Positions 1 through 14,879 of a DNA stretch of 64,000 nucleotides are shown piece by piece. How positions within the stretch are numbered: the stretch's first letter is position 1; every line of letters starts with the position of its first letter. The position numbers and the translations under genes are program-made. The stretch lies in assembly GCA_044892525.1 (NCBI GenBank), contig CM097885.1, positions 16,928,001 through 16,992,000 on the forward strand, given 5' to 3'. The notes under the pieces were generated by a model. It was not told where the DNA came from, ran no database searches, and saw nothing but the letters and a program-made list of their open reading frames with translations. This stretch comes from Schmidtea polychroa (taxonomy: Eukaryota).

Positions 1-25
1 CGATACAACATAGACTAATTTAAAA

Positions 26-1436
26 TTGCGTCCACAAAACAATAAAAAGGCTGGAACAATCATCGTTCATGTAAATAGATGTAAAAAGATACTAGCAGAA
101 TATGAATCACGTTACCCATTAAGATCAAAACTTAATAAAGATGAAGGAAACACATTCCTTAAACAAAAGTTTACAAAAAACCCTGCCCCATTGAGTTACA
201 TCAATAAAGTTTTATTGATTACAACAGTAATGATTATCAATATAATGTCAGTAAATGCAGTGAGAGTATTCCCGTTATATGCAACTAATACAGTTGTATT
301 ATTAGACAAAGTTCATATTTATTCAACATGTACTAAAATAGTTTGGGTTTATTATGCTGGAGAAGCAGAAGAAATAGAGATAAATAATCTAATAAACTAT
401 TTTGAACCCCCAATAAAATTGAACAGCACCAAAAATATTTATGTGGCTAGACAATTAACAATGAATTATGAATACCCTTGGTTAATTACGCAATTGGATT
501 CGAAAAGTAATAATACAAAACTACAAAATCTTATACGCATTAATATTTGGACAAAGAGATTACAAAATCGGGTATCAATTGAACCATTGGTAAATGGAAT
601 TGACGTATATTGGGAACCCCGTGAATCCCAACAAATAAAAATAGTTTTTCAAAATTATGCGATCGATACACTGAACAGCAGAAAACCCTTTGTAAATTAT
701 GTCAATTTAAAACAACATCACACGTATAATATTCACATTCATTATTATGAAAAATCTCTATATGAAAATGGAACCGAAACTAACAGTCAATGGGTCAAAA
801 TCCATTCTAGTCAACACATGATACGATTAGTTAATGAAACAAACCGAGTAATCTTTCACATCTACAATCAAACGGTGAATGTTTCCCGGAAAACGGACCC
901 CAATCAAAAAGCTATTTTACATTATTACGGAAAAATTCAATTAATATTAAATGAAAAAAATAAATCTCAAATATTGACTTTTCGTCAACGTTCACCAATA
1001 TCGACGTCAAAATTAGTGTTCATCAAAATTAAATATTATAGACGATCTCTATATTCAAATCTGTGGCAATTGACTTTAGTCGAAAAGACATTCGTGCAAA
1101 TTCCAATTGCCAATTTGCAGCATGAATATCGAAATGTTCCAGATCAATCAAATCAAATTCCAAGCTCTGTCAAAGGAGCCGTCATTTCTAACATTAATGC
1201 ATCAATTAACAATAACGAAACCATATCATCATTAAATACTGATAATGACATTGTGTGTGTAACATTATTATCAACTAGTCTAACTATAATAATCTTTCTC
1301 ATTATTCTCATCATCATTGTGTCAATTGAATCTCGAACAATATCCAAATCTCATACGAACCAATCCGAGATTGCGAGACTTTGGATTGTCTATGAAAAAC
1401 TTTTGTGTAGTAAGATACAAATACTTTGCATGCACA
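26..1436 (+). CDS. Putative type I membrane glycoprotein (env-position ORF), in frame with a probable integrase C-terminal tail; extreme 3' end interrupted by a hAT insertion
   Basis: Hydrophobic signal-like segment VLLITTVMIINIMSVNA, many N-x-S/T sequons, FN3-like pattern (VYWEP...L....TYNI), C-terminal TM helix (LTIIIFLIILIIIV). Removing 1437-3890 gives a native end LCMHI*. Confidence 0.55.
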
Positions 1437-1715
1437 CAGTGCTCGAAGTGGAACAAAATATGTGCCGGGATAGGCATGCTGTGGCACCCGGGATTCCAGG
1501 CTTTTATGCAGAAATTTTCAGTTGGGTGTGTTGCAAAACTTTGGGGGGGTGTCCAACAAATTTTATATATAGACACATTATATATAGAGGGGGTCGCAGT
1601 ATAAATAACTCAACAAACAACTTGCTGGTTTAACTAAAATAAATAAGAGAATATACCTACCTATCCATTACTGCTGCTTGGGAAATTCTTAATTGAATAG
1701 AGAATAGAGGATAAA

Positions 1716-3687
<1,972 letters not shown>

Positions 3688-4142
3688 ATATATATATATA
3701 TATATATACATATATGGATGTACTATGTGTGACCTTAATTGCAGTATTTGTGTGCCTATAAAATGAAATAAGTACCGGGATAAACCTATAGATTATATGA
3801 AATGAAGTGCCGGGATGCAATTCCGCCTACATAATCAATGCCGGGATAATATCCCGGCTATCCCGCCTCACTTCGAGCACTGCATGCACATTTGATAAAG
3901 TAGCAATAGTAATACAGTACTAATATTTTATGAATGGAATCATAATTTTATTTATTTATTTTATTTTTATGTGAATCTGCACTTTTCAATACGAAATGAA
4001 AGCATTAATTTGATTGGTTAGCACTAAGTAAGAAAATGAAAGGTTAAGAAAATTTTGATAAGGGTATAAAAGGCGGGTTTAAACTCATTAAACTTAATTA
4101 ATTTAAAAATAAAACAAATATCAACACCCAAATAAATCGGTA

Positions 4143-4175
<33 letters not shown>

Positions 4176-4963
4176 TATATAGCTAGTAGCTGGGACAGTA
4201 TCCTTCGGATACTTTATCTCAGCCCTAGTTTTAAAAGTAAATTAAAATTCAAACGTTAAATTATAACTATTTTTAGCAAAAATGGAACAAGTACAATGGG
4301 CAAGATCCACCTACGACAGTTACTTCAAGATGCAGAAAAATCATGCCAGCCAACAATTATACGAAATCAATGAAAATTTACAAATTCCAAATTATTTGCG
4401 GATAGATGACAGAAGAATGAAGATACGAATGTTTACAATAAGGAGAAATTCAGAATTGAAATTGAGTTGTCTCGGAAGGAAGAATATCACATACACGTGA
4501 TCAGAGGTACAGTGGAAGTGCTGAAGAACGATAATACAATATGGTGGCAACTCCGAAAATTCACATCGTGGAAGCTGCAGAAGGACTTCATGTGGAGAAC
4601 ACTACGAGCAGCGAATGAGGAGACAACGATGGTGGTGGAAATCAGAACTGTGAATGAAGCGGATGAGGTACCACAAATGCATCTAATTGAAGGAGAAGAT
4701 CCAATGTTATTGAAAATTTCAAAGGAAATGTTGAAAAAGAAAATGTCGTTTCTTAGAAAAGAAATGGATCTAGAAGAAATCCGCAATAGAATATTGTTCA
4801 TTGATGCTGAATATGGCACATCAGAGCAAGGAAAAATGGTCCCTTTAGCAATAGCAATTATGAATTATTATGGGAAAGTAGTAAAAGATGTATACCTCAC
4901 TCCAAGAGGAAAAATCCGACATTTCAATTCAAGGATCCATGGAATTACAGAAGTGGCCAGCAG

Positions 4964-7900
4964 TAGGGTGGAGCTTATTTTTGAACTTTCAAAATATTAC
5001 CTTCTTACCCTCCAATTCTGTTCCTATATATGAAAGAAAAATTCAGGCAAAATATGAACACAATTGAACAATATTTAGGGGTAGCTCAAGGACAGAGAAG
5101 TTTCTGATACTCTTAAGCAGCGGCCGCCCATTTATTTACGGTACCTTACTATAGTAACTGAGAACTAAGTAAATTGAGACTTTCTCAGACTCTGATAATC
5201 ATACAACATTTCAATCCTATTTTTACAATATACAATTAACACAAATTCTTCATAGTCCAGGCATGATCAGACTTGTTTAGTATGTTTACTGTGTGGACTG
5301 GCTATTGCAGGAGTTTGACAAATGTGTTTATAAATTTAAATTGTAAACAGTTGATAACACTACTATTAAAGTGAGCATTAAATTGCTGGTAGGCCACTGA
5401 AGTGAAGCAAGCCTTCCTGAATCTATAGCTGCTGGTAAGTTAGTTGAATGTTATTTGAATATTGAATATTATTTTCAATGTTTAAGTGTGAATAGTAATT
5501 AAATGAAGATATAGATTAGTTAGATAAGTAAATGTGAATTTTGTAATACAATTATTCAAATTAACATATCAATCCATGATTCCAAAGTCAATGCTATTTT
5601 TATAATATTCATTTCAGATTCATTTCTGTAAGAAAATGTCATCAGTTGCAAAAGCAACACGATCTCAAACTGAGTTGTATCTTCTTGGCGATTCCGTGAC
5701 TCAGTTACGTGGCAGCAAGCTGCCATCTCTACGTATGGCTCTTGGACTCTTCCTACATCACCATCTGGAACTGAAAGAGACAATAAGACAATCATCGGCT
5801 GTTACCATTACAGAAGTATCGAAGTTTTGGCAGAAAGCGAGGATCCCGATGAGAGATCATCAAAACTGCCAAACCAAGGTTGAGCATCCATTTGAAGAAT
5901 GGCGTCTTCTGAAAAAGAACAAGGCACGATTATCAGCAACTCAACTAACGAGAGAATCAGCTTTTAGTTCCAAGCTCGAGGATCTCTTTGATCTTGCTCA
6001 TGCTGATGCACTGACCAGCCCCTCGGTACTACAGGAAGATAAAAATTTCTTGTTAGCCCAGAGAGAAAAAGGAAGAAGGGGGTCGATGACTGGTGCAGAT
6101 GAAAAACTTGCTGCTAAGGAGAAAAGATCATTTGAACGAGATGAGCAAATGCTTTCGAGGCGACAGCGAATGGAGCAAGTGAAGCAGTTAGCAGCTTCTA
6201 CCGCTGAACTGATATCGTCATCTTCTGAAACCAGCTTAGATGGTGGAAACATGAAAAGTGGAGAAAATCTGAGTGATGATGCTGCAGGAGGCAGCACATT
6301 TCGGACGCCAAAAAGAAAGAGGGGGCGAAAAACTGTTATTACTCCAGAACTTGCAGTAGCTTTAGATAGAACTAAAGTGTCAGATCGCAAGGCTGTTTTC
6401 GTTATTGCAGAAACTGCTAAAAGCCTGGGACAGAACATCGACGAACTTGCTCTAAACAGATACTCGATTCGACGACTTAGGGTAGAACATCGAGTTCAGA
6501 GAGCTGCCAACATAAAAGCAAAGTTCCAGGATAATGTACCACTTGTAGTTCATTGGGACGGCAAACTGATTCCTGATCTGATTGGAAAGGAGAAGGTTGA
6601 GCGACTGCCGGTTTTGGTTTCTGGAAAAGGAGTATCTCAGCTACTTACAGTTGCTAAGCTTCCATCTGGAACAGGCGAAGCTCAGGCTGCTGCTGTATAT
6701 GAAGCCATCAAAGACTGGGGCATAGCCAAGAGTATCCGAGCTATGTGTTTTGACACTACTAGCTCAAACACTGGTCGGATTGCTGGTGCTTGTGTGACTT
6801 TTGTATGTGACCTTTACATTTGTGACCTTTGTATGTGAGTCATACATGGTTTGCATATGTATTGCAGATGTATTGCAGATGTATTGCAAATTAGTTAATT
6901 AAAACGTGTACTAATTAGTGTGATATTAAAAATATTATACTAATACATGTAACATAAAAATACTATAACAACATAAAAATAGTGTACTATCACTACTAGC
7001 TCAAACACTGGTCGGATTGCTGGTGCTTGTGTACTGTTTGAGCAGAAGCTTCAGAAGGAGTTGTTATCACTGGCTTGTAGGCACCACATTATGGAACTGA
7101 TAATTGGGGCAGTTTTCCAGGTCTGCATGGGAGCCTCATCCTCCCCAGAAGTTGCACTCTTCAAACGCTTTCAAGAGTTCTGGAGATTTATAGATACGGC
7201 TAAGTATGAAGCAGGCACTACAGCTGATGACGTAGCAAGTTTACTGGAGGATATAAAGCAAGACACCGTCGATTATGCCAACAAGTATCTTGAACAGAGT
7301 CAGCCGAGAGATGACTATAAAGAATTCTTGGAACTTGTTATTGTCTTCCTCGGTGCTGCTCCTCCCAGAGGTGTACGGTTCGTGGCACCTGGTGCAATGC
7401 ACCATGCTCGTTGGATGTCCAAGGTGATATACAGCCTAAAAATTTGGATGTTCAAAGCGCAGTTCAAGCTGACTACTGCAGAAGAGCGAGGGTTGCGTGA
7501 TGTTTGTGTATTTGCAGTACGAGTGTACCTGAAAGCTTGGATATCTGCACCTCAAGCAGCAGGTGCTCCATTCAGTGACTTGCTGCTGCTGAAGTCGCTG
7601 CTCGAGTACTCATCAATACATGCAGCCATTTCAAAGGCAACATCTCGCAAGTTTGCAAATCATTTGTGGTACTTATCTGAGAAACTGGTAAGCTTGGCTT
7701 TTTTCGACAGTCGGGTCAGTTCGTCAACCAAACGACTGATGGTGAGTGCCATGCAAAATGATGAAAACCAGGATTCTGATCATTGCAAACGTATCACAGT
7801 TGCTCTTGGTTCATTCAAAGAGAAAAACTTGGAAGATTTTGTCACAGCTAAATCAATGATTCTGCTTCAACAGCTTGAACTGCCAGATGGATTTCTTGCA

Positions 7901-8442
7901 GTTGACCCAGACTTGTGGGGAGACAGAGATGATTACAAACAAGCTGTAGAAACAGTTACATCTCTAAAAGTTGTAAATGACCATGCTGAGCGTGGAGTGG
8001 CCCTCATTCAGGAATACAGTGGATTAATCACCCGTGATGAAACACAACTACAATTCTTGCTGCAAGTTGTCCAGGACCATCGCAAAATGTATCCCGACAG
8101 CAGGAAAAAGACTCTGTCCGCCATCTCTGGGTTTACATAATAACAGTTAATTTCAAGTTTGCTGGACATTTACAGATTGTTTGTGTCAGAAGCTAAAGAA
8201 ACATTTCACTATTAATGTCTATGTGTGTAACACTGAAGTTTGCAAAAAAATAAAATAGAATCAGAATTTGTTGAATTTACAAAAATTTTATCATATTTCA
8301 GGCACTTGAGCTACCTCTAAACATAAAAATTTATTGCTTAAACTTTTTATACAGTGTTTCTATACCATAAGGAACAGATTAGGGGGGTAAGACTTTCAAA
8401 AATTATTTTTTTATTTTTTTTTATTTTTTAAGCTCCACCCTA
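4964..8442 (+). mobile_element. Full-length hATm-like DNA transposon
   Basis: TIR TAGGGTGGAGCTTA / TAAGCTCCACCCTA; 8-bp TSD GCCAGCAG at 4956-4963 and 8443-8450. Confidence 0.92.
5636..8140 (+). pseudogene. DDE transposase (hATm-like) interrupted by a 195-bp insertion plus a 42-bp duplication
   Basis: Motifs VHWDGK, CFDTTSSNTG, ACRHH, HARW, VVNDHAERGV across ORFs 5636..6838 and 7061..8140. Confidence 0.85.
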
Positions 8443-9592
8443 GCCAGCAGTAACCAATGTGATCAATATGTGGCAATAAAAGAGATTCAACGCTTGACAG
8501 TGGGCAAGATATTGATCGGCCATGATTTGCATGCAGAATTACAATACTTGGGGATATGGATTGAACAATTGTACGGCATTCGAGATCTAGCAGCAGCACC
8601 AATACTTCAGAACATGGGAGTAACCATAAGGGGAGAATGGTTCAAACTACAAACAGTGGTGAAAGAAATATGTGGAGAACAGACTCAGATGAGTATTCAT
8701 TCGGCTCTCGAGGACGTGAAAAGTATATGCAAGGTATACCAGAAAGTGGAAAGTCAATGGATTGATGACATACCGATGCCCAAAAATCAACCGTCAAAGC
8801 GATATTCGTGGGATGAATATAAGAAGCTTCGGGAAATTGAATCAACATCAACTGCAATACCAGAAAAACTAACGCAAATGCCAATTGAAGATGTAATGGA
8901 ATCTGAAGAAATTGATTTAACATTCGAGGAGAATGTGACGATGGATAGTGAAAATCCATTGATTCAATTGAAGTGGGCCAATGAATCATTCTTAGAAATT
9001 GCGGAAGAATGTGTCGCATTAATGGTAAGCATTCCGATGATAAGGATACATCCAACACTTGAATATAGTCCAATGCCAGAATGTAGAAAATCCAAAAAGA
9101 GAAAAACAACTTCGAACATTGATGTCGGAGACACTGTCACTGTCAATGGTGTAGTATATGAACGCGAAGAAACAATAATACGATATCGGCATGAAACAAA
9201 ACGATTAGAAATAAAGATGGATTAATTTTTATATATTGTATTTATAAAATAAATAATTGTGAACTCGATTTTGTCTCATGTATTTATTGGCAGCGCATCA
9301 GTTAGACCCCAAAATAAGAAAAAATAAGTAAATAATTGAGAGTAAATAAATGATTAAATAAATAAATAAAATTATTATTGTATATAACAACAAACGCATT
9401 TCCAATTGTCGGGGTTTGGCTACCCTGGACAACAATTGGAAATGAGTGGTTGCCAAGAGCCACATAAACAGGTTGCGACAAATCATAACAATTTATTATT
9501 AAATTTAGTAGTAATTAGACAAAAACATTTTCACCAAAAAAATTATAACATAATAACTGTAAGAGACCTGGGAGAGTGGCAAATAATTCATT

Positions 9593-10310
9593 ATTGATGA
9601 CTTGGTTTTCAATAAATCCATAGTTATTAATTTCTTACAAAGTATTTATTAAAAATATTAAGTAATAATTCAGCATTGTCACATAAAATTTTATAATAAA
9701 TTAAAAATACCGATTTCTTTAAACGAAAATTCTCCCAAACTATTTCTAACATCAACATATATTTTCCAAGCGCAAAATAAATTATTGGTGATAATTATCA
9801 AAGTTCCACTTGTAATGAGTTACTAATAATTGGAAACTTGAGAATTTTTCTAATAATTATCATAAATAAAAGCCTGGAATTCAATTTGTTTTTCTTCAAC
9901 CAACTCCGGTGCTAAGGGTAACAAAACGTAATTCTTTAATTTGCTCCTCAAGAGTTCCACTACTGATAAATTTTCATTAATATGATACAACAAATCTGAA
10001 TAATTGTTCATTGAATGAATCAAGAAAGAATTTTTTGTGTATAGAGACCCATTTAGGTCATTGATATTCTGCTTCCATTGTCTAAAATAGTATTTGTTGT
10101 ATTGAGATAGTGTATTGACATCTTCTTACCTGACATTTTCAATTAAAATTAATTTATCCGCCTCGCTTAAGTATAAGAATAACAATTGTGCAGCTTGACG
10201 ATAATACTCAAATTTGGCCCAAATCCTATTCAATGTCAGCTCCACCTTCAGCAAAAAAAAGAAAAAATAATAAATAAATAATTAAGAAAAATATATATAT
10301 AATAGTCCAT
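9593..10310 (-). pseudogene. Degenerate antisense spliced ORF of unknown function
   Basis: 48-nt GTAAG...TTTTAG intron (10082-10129); splicing joins ...LIENV-R-QWKQNIN... in frame; stops/indels elsewhere; outer limits approximate. Confidence 0.4.
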
Positions 10311-10782
10311 TTTTCTTCCCTCCTTTCTTCTGATTGGTAAGGAGAGGGAAGATGATGAGCTCAGCCGACAGGAGTCCGATTACATCGGCTCCAGTTTTCT
10401 CAATCGACAGGAGTCCTATTACATCGGCTCCAGTTTCAATATATTAATTAAACTTTAATTTTAAAATTTTGAAAAAATGAATTTTGATGCTAAACTTAAA
10501 CTTCAAAATAAAACTTCAAATTTCAAATTTAAAAAAAAAATTAAATATAATTATATAAGGTTATTTTTGATGCCAAATCATTTTTTTACTCGAATGTGTA
10601 TTTATTCAAATTCGAAATGGAAAATTAAGTAAAGATTAAAAGATTATTTAGCTCAGAAATTAAGCAAAATGAAATATAATAAGAGTTTTTGCAATAGGCC
10701 AAGCTGTTAATATTGGACCTCAAAAACCAGACTATAAGAAATGTACAGATTCGAGGACGAATCTACATTAAAGGGGGAGATA

Positions 10783-11650
10783 TGTTGGGGTTCAATAAAA
10801 GAGATACAAAATTGAGGTGAAAATCAATGAAAACACCAAATTCATAATAATAAATACAAAGAGATTAATTAAAATAATCAAAAAAAAATAAAAATTGAAT
10901 AATTTCGGGGGAAACTGGTATGGGCGGATGCCAAATTATGAGACGAGTTCAAATATAATAAAATAAAATCAATGGGGGGTCCCTAGAAAGAATAAATTAT
11001 AAAAAACAAAAATTATTTAAAAATTAATTAACTAATGGGAAGCCCGAGCTAATGGGAAACCCGAGCTAATGGAGAACCCGAGCTAATGGGAAACCCGAGA
11101 TAATGAAAAACCCGAGATAATGGGAAGCCCGAGATAATAGAAAGCCCTAGCGTCATGGGAGAGCCTAAATGGTCGATCAAAGGGGAAATTAGATCGGCCG
11201 ACGAAAATTAAATAAGGATAATGAGAGAAAGAGATAGGAGGAAGCCCGGGAAATTGGATACGAAGGGCTTGACGAATTAAAATCAATTGACGGGTCAAGT
11301 ATAAAAGGAACCAGCAAAGAAACATAATTGCCAGTTGGTCGAAGAAAAGTTAGTAGGATTAAACGGGTGAGTAAAAGAATTTAGCAGTTGTGGTAACTAG
11401 ATATTTAGAAATCGAACGTACCAGAAAGGGACATCTCCCTTTGGAAGATTATCCCTACGTGAGATTTATTGTAGTATTGAAAAGTGCAGATCAAAGAGTT
11501 ATTAAAGATTGTAATTGTTCAATAAAGAGTGTAATCAAAAGGTGTACTTGTATTGGTCTTGAATAAAATTATTGTGTTGGGTTATCTTGATTTTGAAAAA
11601 GAACACAAAGGAGTCAGACCGTGATACCGACTTACATTAAAAACCCAACA
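10783..11650 (+). repeat. LTR (3' LTR), 868 bp
   Basis: TGTTGGG...CCCAACA termini, preceded by a PPT; internal TATAAAAG (about 11300) and AATAAA (11521, 11562). Confidence 0.85.
11032..11150. repeat. 17-bp tandem repeat in the LTR U3 region
   Basis: About 7 copies of (C/A)TAATGGGAA(A/G)CCCGAG upstream of the TATA box. Confidence 0.9.
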
Positions 11651-12067
11651 ATACATAAAACATAATACATATATACATTGTACATCATTAAAAATATTTG
11701 TTAATGTTTCAGTTTATCAACTTTTAATGGCTTATTTGCTTCTGCTTTTTGTTAGAAAACATTTGAATATTCGGTTCAAGCACAGACGTTCGCAGTATAT
11801 AACTAGGAGTATAACTACGAATAAATAAAAAGCATGTGAAGCGGCATATGCATCATAAACATTTTTTCTCGATCGCGTAAAGTGAAACCACGCAAAAAAT
11901 TACCAAAAAATAAAAAAATCGGTATTACTCAAAAGGCTTCCCCACCTCTGACCTAAACCAACCAATACACAATTAATAAAAAGAAACTTTTTAATATAAT
12001 AAAAAGCAAAACACCTATAAATAATACGCGACCTGTAACTAAAAATACATCTACAAATACTTCTCCT

Positions 12068-12870
12068 GTGATAAATAATTCTTCGGTGATTGATACACCT
12101 GTGATAAATAATAAACGGCCTGCTGTTAGTACTGGGTCTGGTGTTCCCTCTAAAATTATAAAATTTAATACAACTGGTGATTCAATATATAATCAAATAG
12201 GCGATTCGATTGATATTGACGATGAAACAGAAATAGAAGTAGATTTTAAGGGGGTACGAAAAAATTTGAGATTTAATATGGAAAAAGATAACTTGGTTCA
12301 AATTTCCCTTACAAAAACGATTATAAATAAATTAATTGCCGAAATCAAAGGTATGTTCCTGAGTTAAAATTCAGTTCACTGTCCTCATCCAGTTCGAGAA
12401 AGATGGGGAAATTAGAGATAATTTTTTCTCGAATAGCGCCGACGTATTTTCAGAAAATTTTTTAATTAATGGAATCACCAGATTAAATAATAAAATAGAA
12501 AAATTTACATATTTAGGGAGCGGTCAACGAGTAGTTAAAATTAAAGAAATTGACTTTATCCTAAATAAATATACACATATGAATAGGCTAGCTAGCCATA
12601 GTCATATCACCACACCATCAGCATTAATTCCAAAAAGACCTATTGTAAACGTCAAAAACAACGACGATATGTGCTTCATATATAGAATTTTAGCGCTCTT
12701 AAAACGTAATGTTATATGTAGACAGGAATCGTGTTAGTACATATCAAAATTATTTAGGTGAACTGAATTTTGACCCTATAAGTGATTGCTCAATGAAATT
12801 ATGTGATATTCCTAAATTCGAGAGGAAAAATAAGGAATTAAATTTATCAATTAATATATTGACATACGGG
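12068..12870 (+). pseudogene. Relic of the N-terminal region of a Maverick pPolB related to Maverick 2
   Basis: FKGVRKNLRFNMEKDNLVQISLT versus LNGSRKTLKFDIRNQNLVKIALT (42450 ORF); FEKDGEIRDN and CxIPKFERKN shared; several frameshifts. Confidence 0.85.
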
Positions 12871-13353
12871 AAAAGACAAGCTAAGCCTATAGAAAACTAG
12901 GATAGTAACTACATTCCTCTGTTAATTTTGTCGCGTCTGTATGCAGAATTATTGTGATAGTAGTGTGCGCACACAGACGCGAAGAATTGGTATATTTTAT
13001 TTTTTTATGTTAAAGGTAATTGATTTGTTTTTGGAAAATTCTAGAGATTTTGTGATGTTTAAAATGGAGAAAAAAATGGAAGGTGTCCTTGAAATTAATA
13101 TTCACCCAAAACTAATGAACTCACACCCCAGTAGCTCCTGTCACCTTTGGATTAGAGTAAAAAGGTTAAATAGCGACAACAACAACAACAAGAGGCTATG
13201 TGTGGGCCCTAATACCAGTTTCGGACATGGATATTATTTAGGAGTCGATGTTCCATATGTTGACCAGGTATTTGAAGTTGATCCACTTTTTGGCGGAATG
13301 ATGATGACAGGGTAACGACATATAAACCAATAAAACAAATAAATAAAAAATTT

Positions 13354-14279
13354 ATGAGAGAAATTCCAAGACAGTCCGACAGGAAGCTGATAAAATTACC
13401 TACAGGGAAACCAATAGTTAAAAATAATTGGAAAGAACTACAAGCTTTCCAGAATAAAACAGTCAAGTCACGATGGCCTCTTTACGTAATATCCACGAGC
13501 ATCTTAGCATTTACAATTTTAGCAATAGTCACTAGCATTCAAATTTATAAAAAGTACAAATGGAGAATGCAGCGGTATTGGCACCGAATGGTCAGCAGTG
13601 CGCCAGGGCATTTTCATTTGGATAAATATACGATGTCCACAACAGTATAATGGATTACAAATATGGTCAATAATGCAGTTCAATTCCCAAAACAGTCAAT
13701 GCAAGTTCAACCAATTCAACCTCAAAACAATTCTCATAATAATAAGTTCAGACCCAAAGCAAATATTCAATATTGTTGCATGCTCCAGAAACATTATAGC
13801 AGTTTCTATAAAAATCTGCAAAATAAAATATGTACAGATGGAAGCCCAATCACGATCTGCAGTTTCCCAAATCAGGTATGTATTCCCAACGACATGAAGG
13901 TCGAAATAGAGGAAAGGGAATTACACCTTATCAAGTTCAATGAGACAAGAAGAGTAAAGTTGCGAGAATTGATTGGAGCTCTTGACAGATATCCCAATGC
14001 AGAGGAATCGGTGAGAACACGAAAGAAAGTGCCCCATCGAATCCTATTCCATATAACCAAGACACAAGTAGTAATATGCCAATAAAAATACCAATGATCA
14101 CAAGAAGTAATTGCACGGTTACAATAAAAACCATAAAAAGTGATCGAAGCGTTCCAAATGACTACAATGAGCTGACTGTTCAAATGAAATATTTACCCTG
14201 CGTTATCGCGATAGAAGTATTGTATGTGCCAACAATCCCAAAACCCATTTCAGCAACTGAAGCTAATTCAATACAATAG
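13354..14279 (+). other. Cluster of short co-oriented ORFs of unknown origin (one with a TM helix)
   Basis: ORFs 13354..13650, 13663..14085, 14076..14279; no motif recognised; may be one decayed gene. Confidence 0.3.
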
Positions 14280-14879
14280 CTACATGCACGGAGATTTTAT
14301 CAGAAAGAAAATGTCGTTCACCCATCAAGAGTTGTCAACAGCGGAAAGACATTATCTAATGAAGTTTGTAGACCGAAATTAGTTTGCGATATTAATAGCA
14401 ACCTAAGACCAGTCGAGGTCAGCATACGAAATTAAGATATTTCATGGCTAACAAAATAAGTAAAAATTTCTAGGATACATCTGTTCGTATCAGCGCAAGC
14501 CTGTTGATGAGTGGGTGATATCTTACCAAACTGTCGATTGTTACCCTCATTTTAGTCCAACTCCTTCCATCCACTCATATTAACGCACACACCTGCCCTA
14601 TTTATTCGGTATTCCATCGCTTGAGGATGAGTAGAGCTTCTATCTAGTTAATTGATTTTTTGGATAAGTAAGATCAACGTAGACTTTAATTTAGATATTA
14701 TATTGAAACTTTTTTTTATATTTACTACCTTTTTCCTTCAGGAAAATCAAAAAATGAAATTATTCTAAATTTTTATTAATAAAATTAAATGTTGTTTTAA
14801 TACTTAACATCATTATTTTATTAGCAATTTATTCATTTATGTTTCATATCCATATTATGGATATGGTATATATTTTATT

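Larger units (their letters stand above)
4282..9225 (+). pseudogene. DEDDh 3'-5' exonuclease (REX4/ISG20-like) gene split by a transposon insertion and frameshifted near 4470
   Basis: ExoI LFIDAEYG, RIHGIT, ExoII GKILIGHDL, IRDLA, ExoIII HSALEDV. Deleting 4964-8450 rejoins the frame as GITEVASS-NQCDQYVAIKEIQ. Upstream ATTGG (about 4013) and TATAAAAG (about 4065). Confidence 0.85.

Noticed and set aside
1437..1633. C-terminal 65 aa of the 535-aa ORF
   Set aside because: Translated from the inserted hAT terminus.
5998..6438. Antisense ORFs overlapping transposase, pPolB and other long genes
   Set aside because: Shadow frames of real coding sequence with no independent motifs.
10346..10436. 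Hammerhead ribozyme on the minus strand (GAAAC...GTC)
   Set aside because: No CTGANGA core in the required position.
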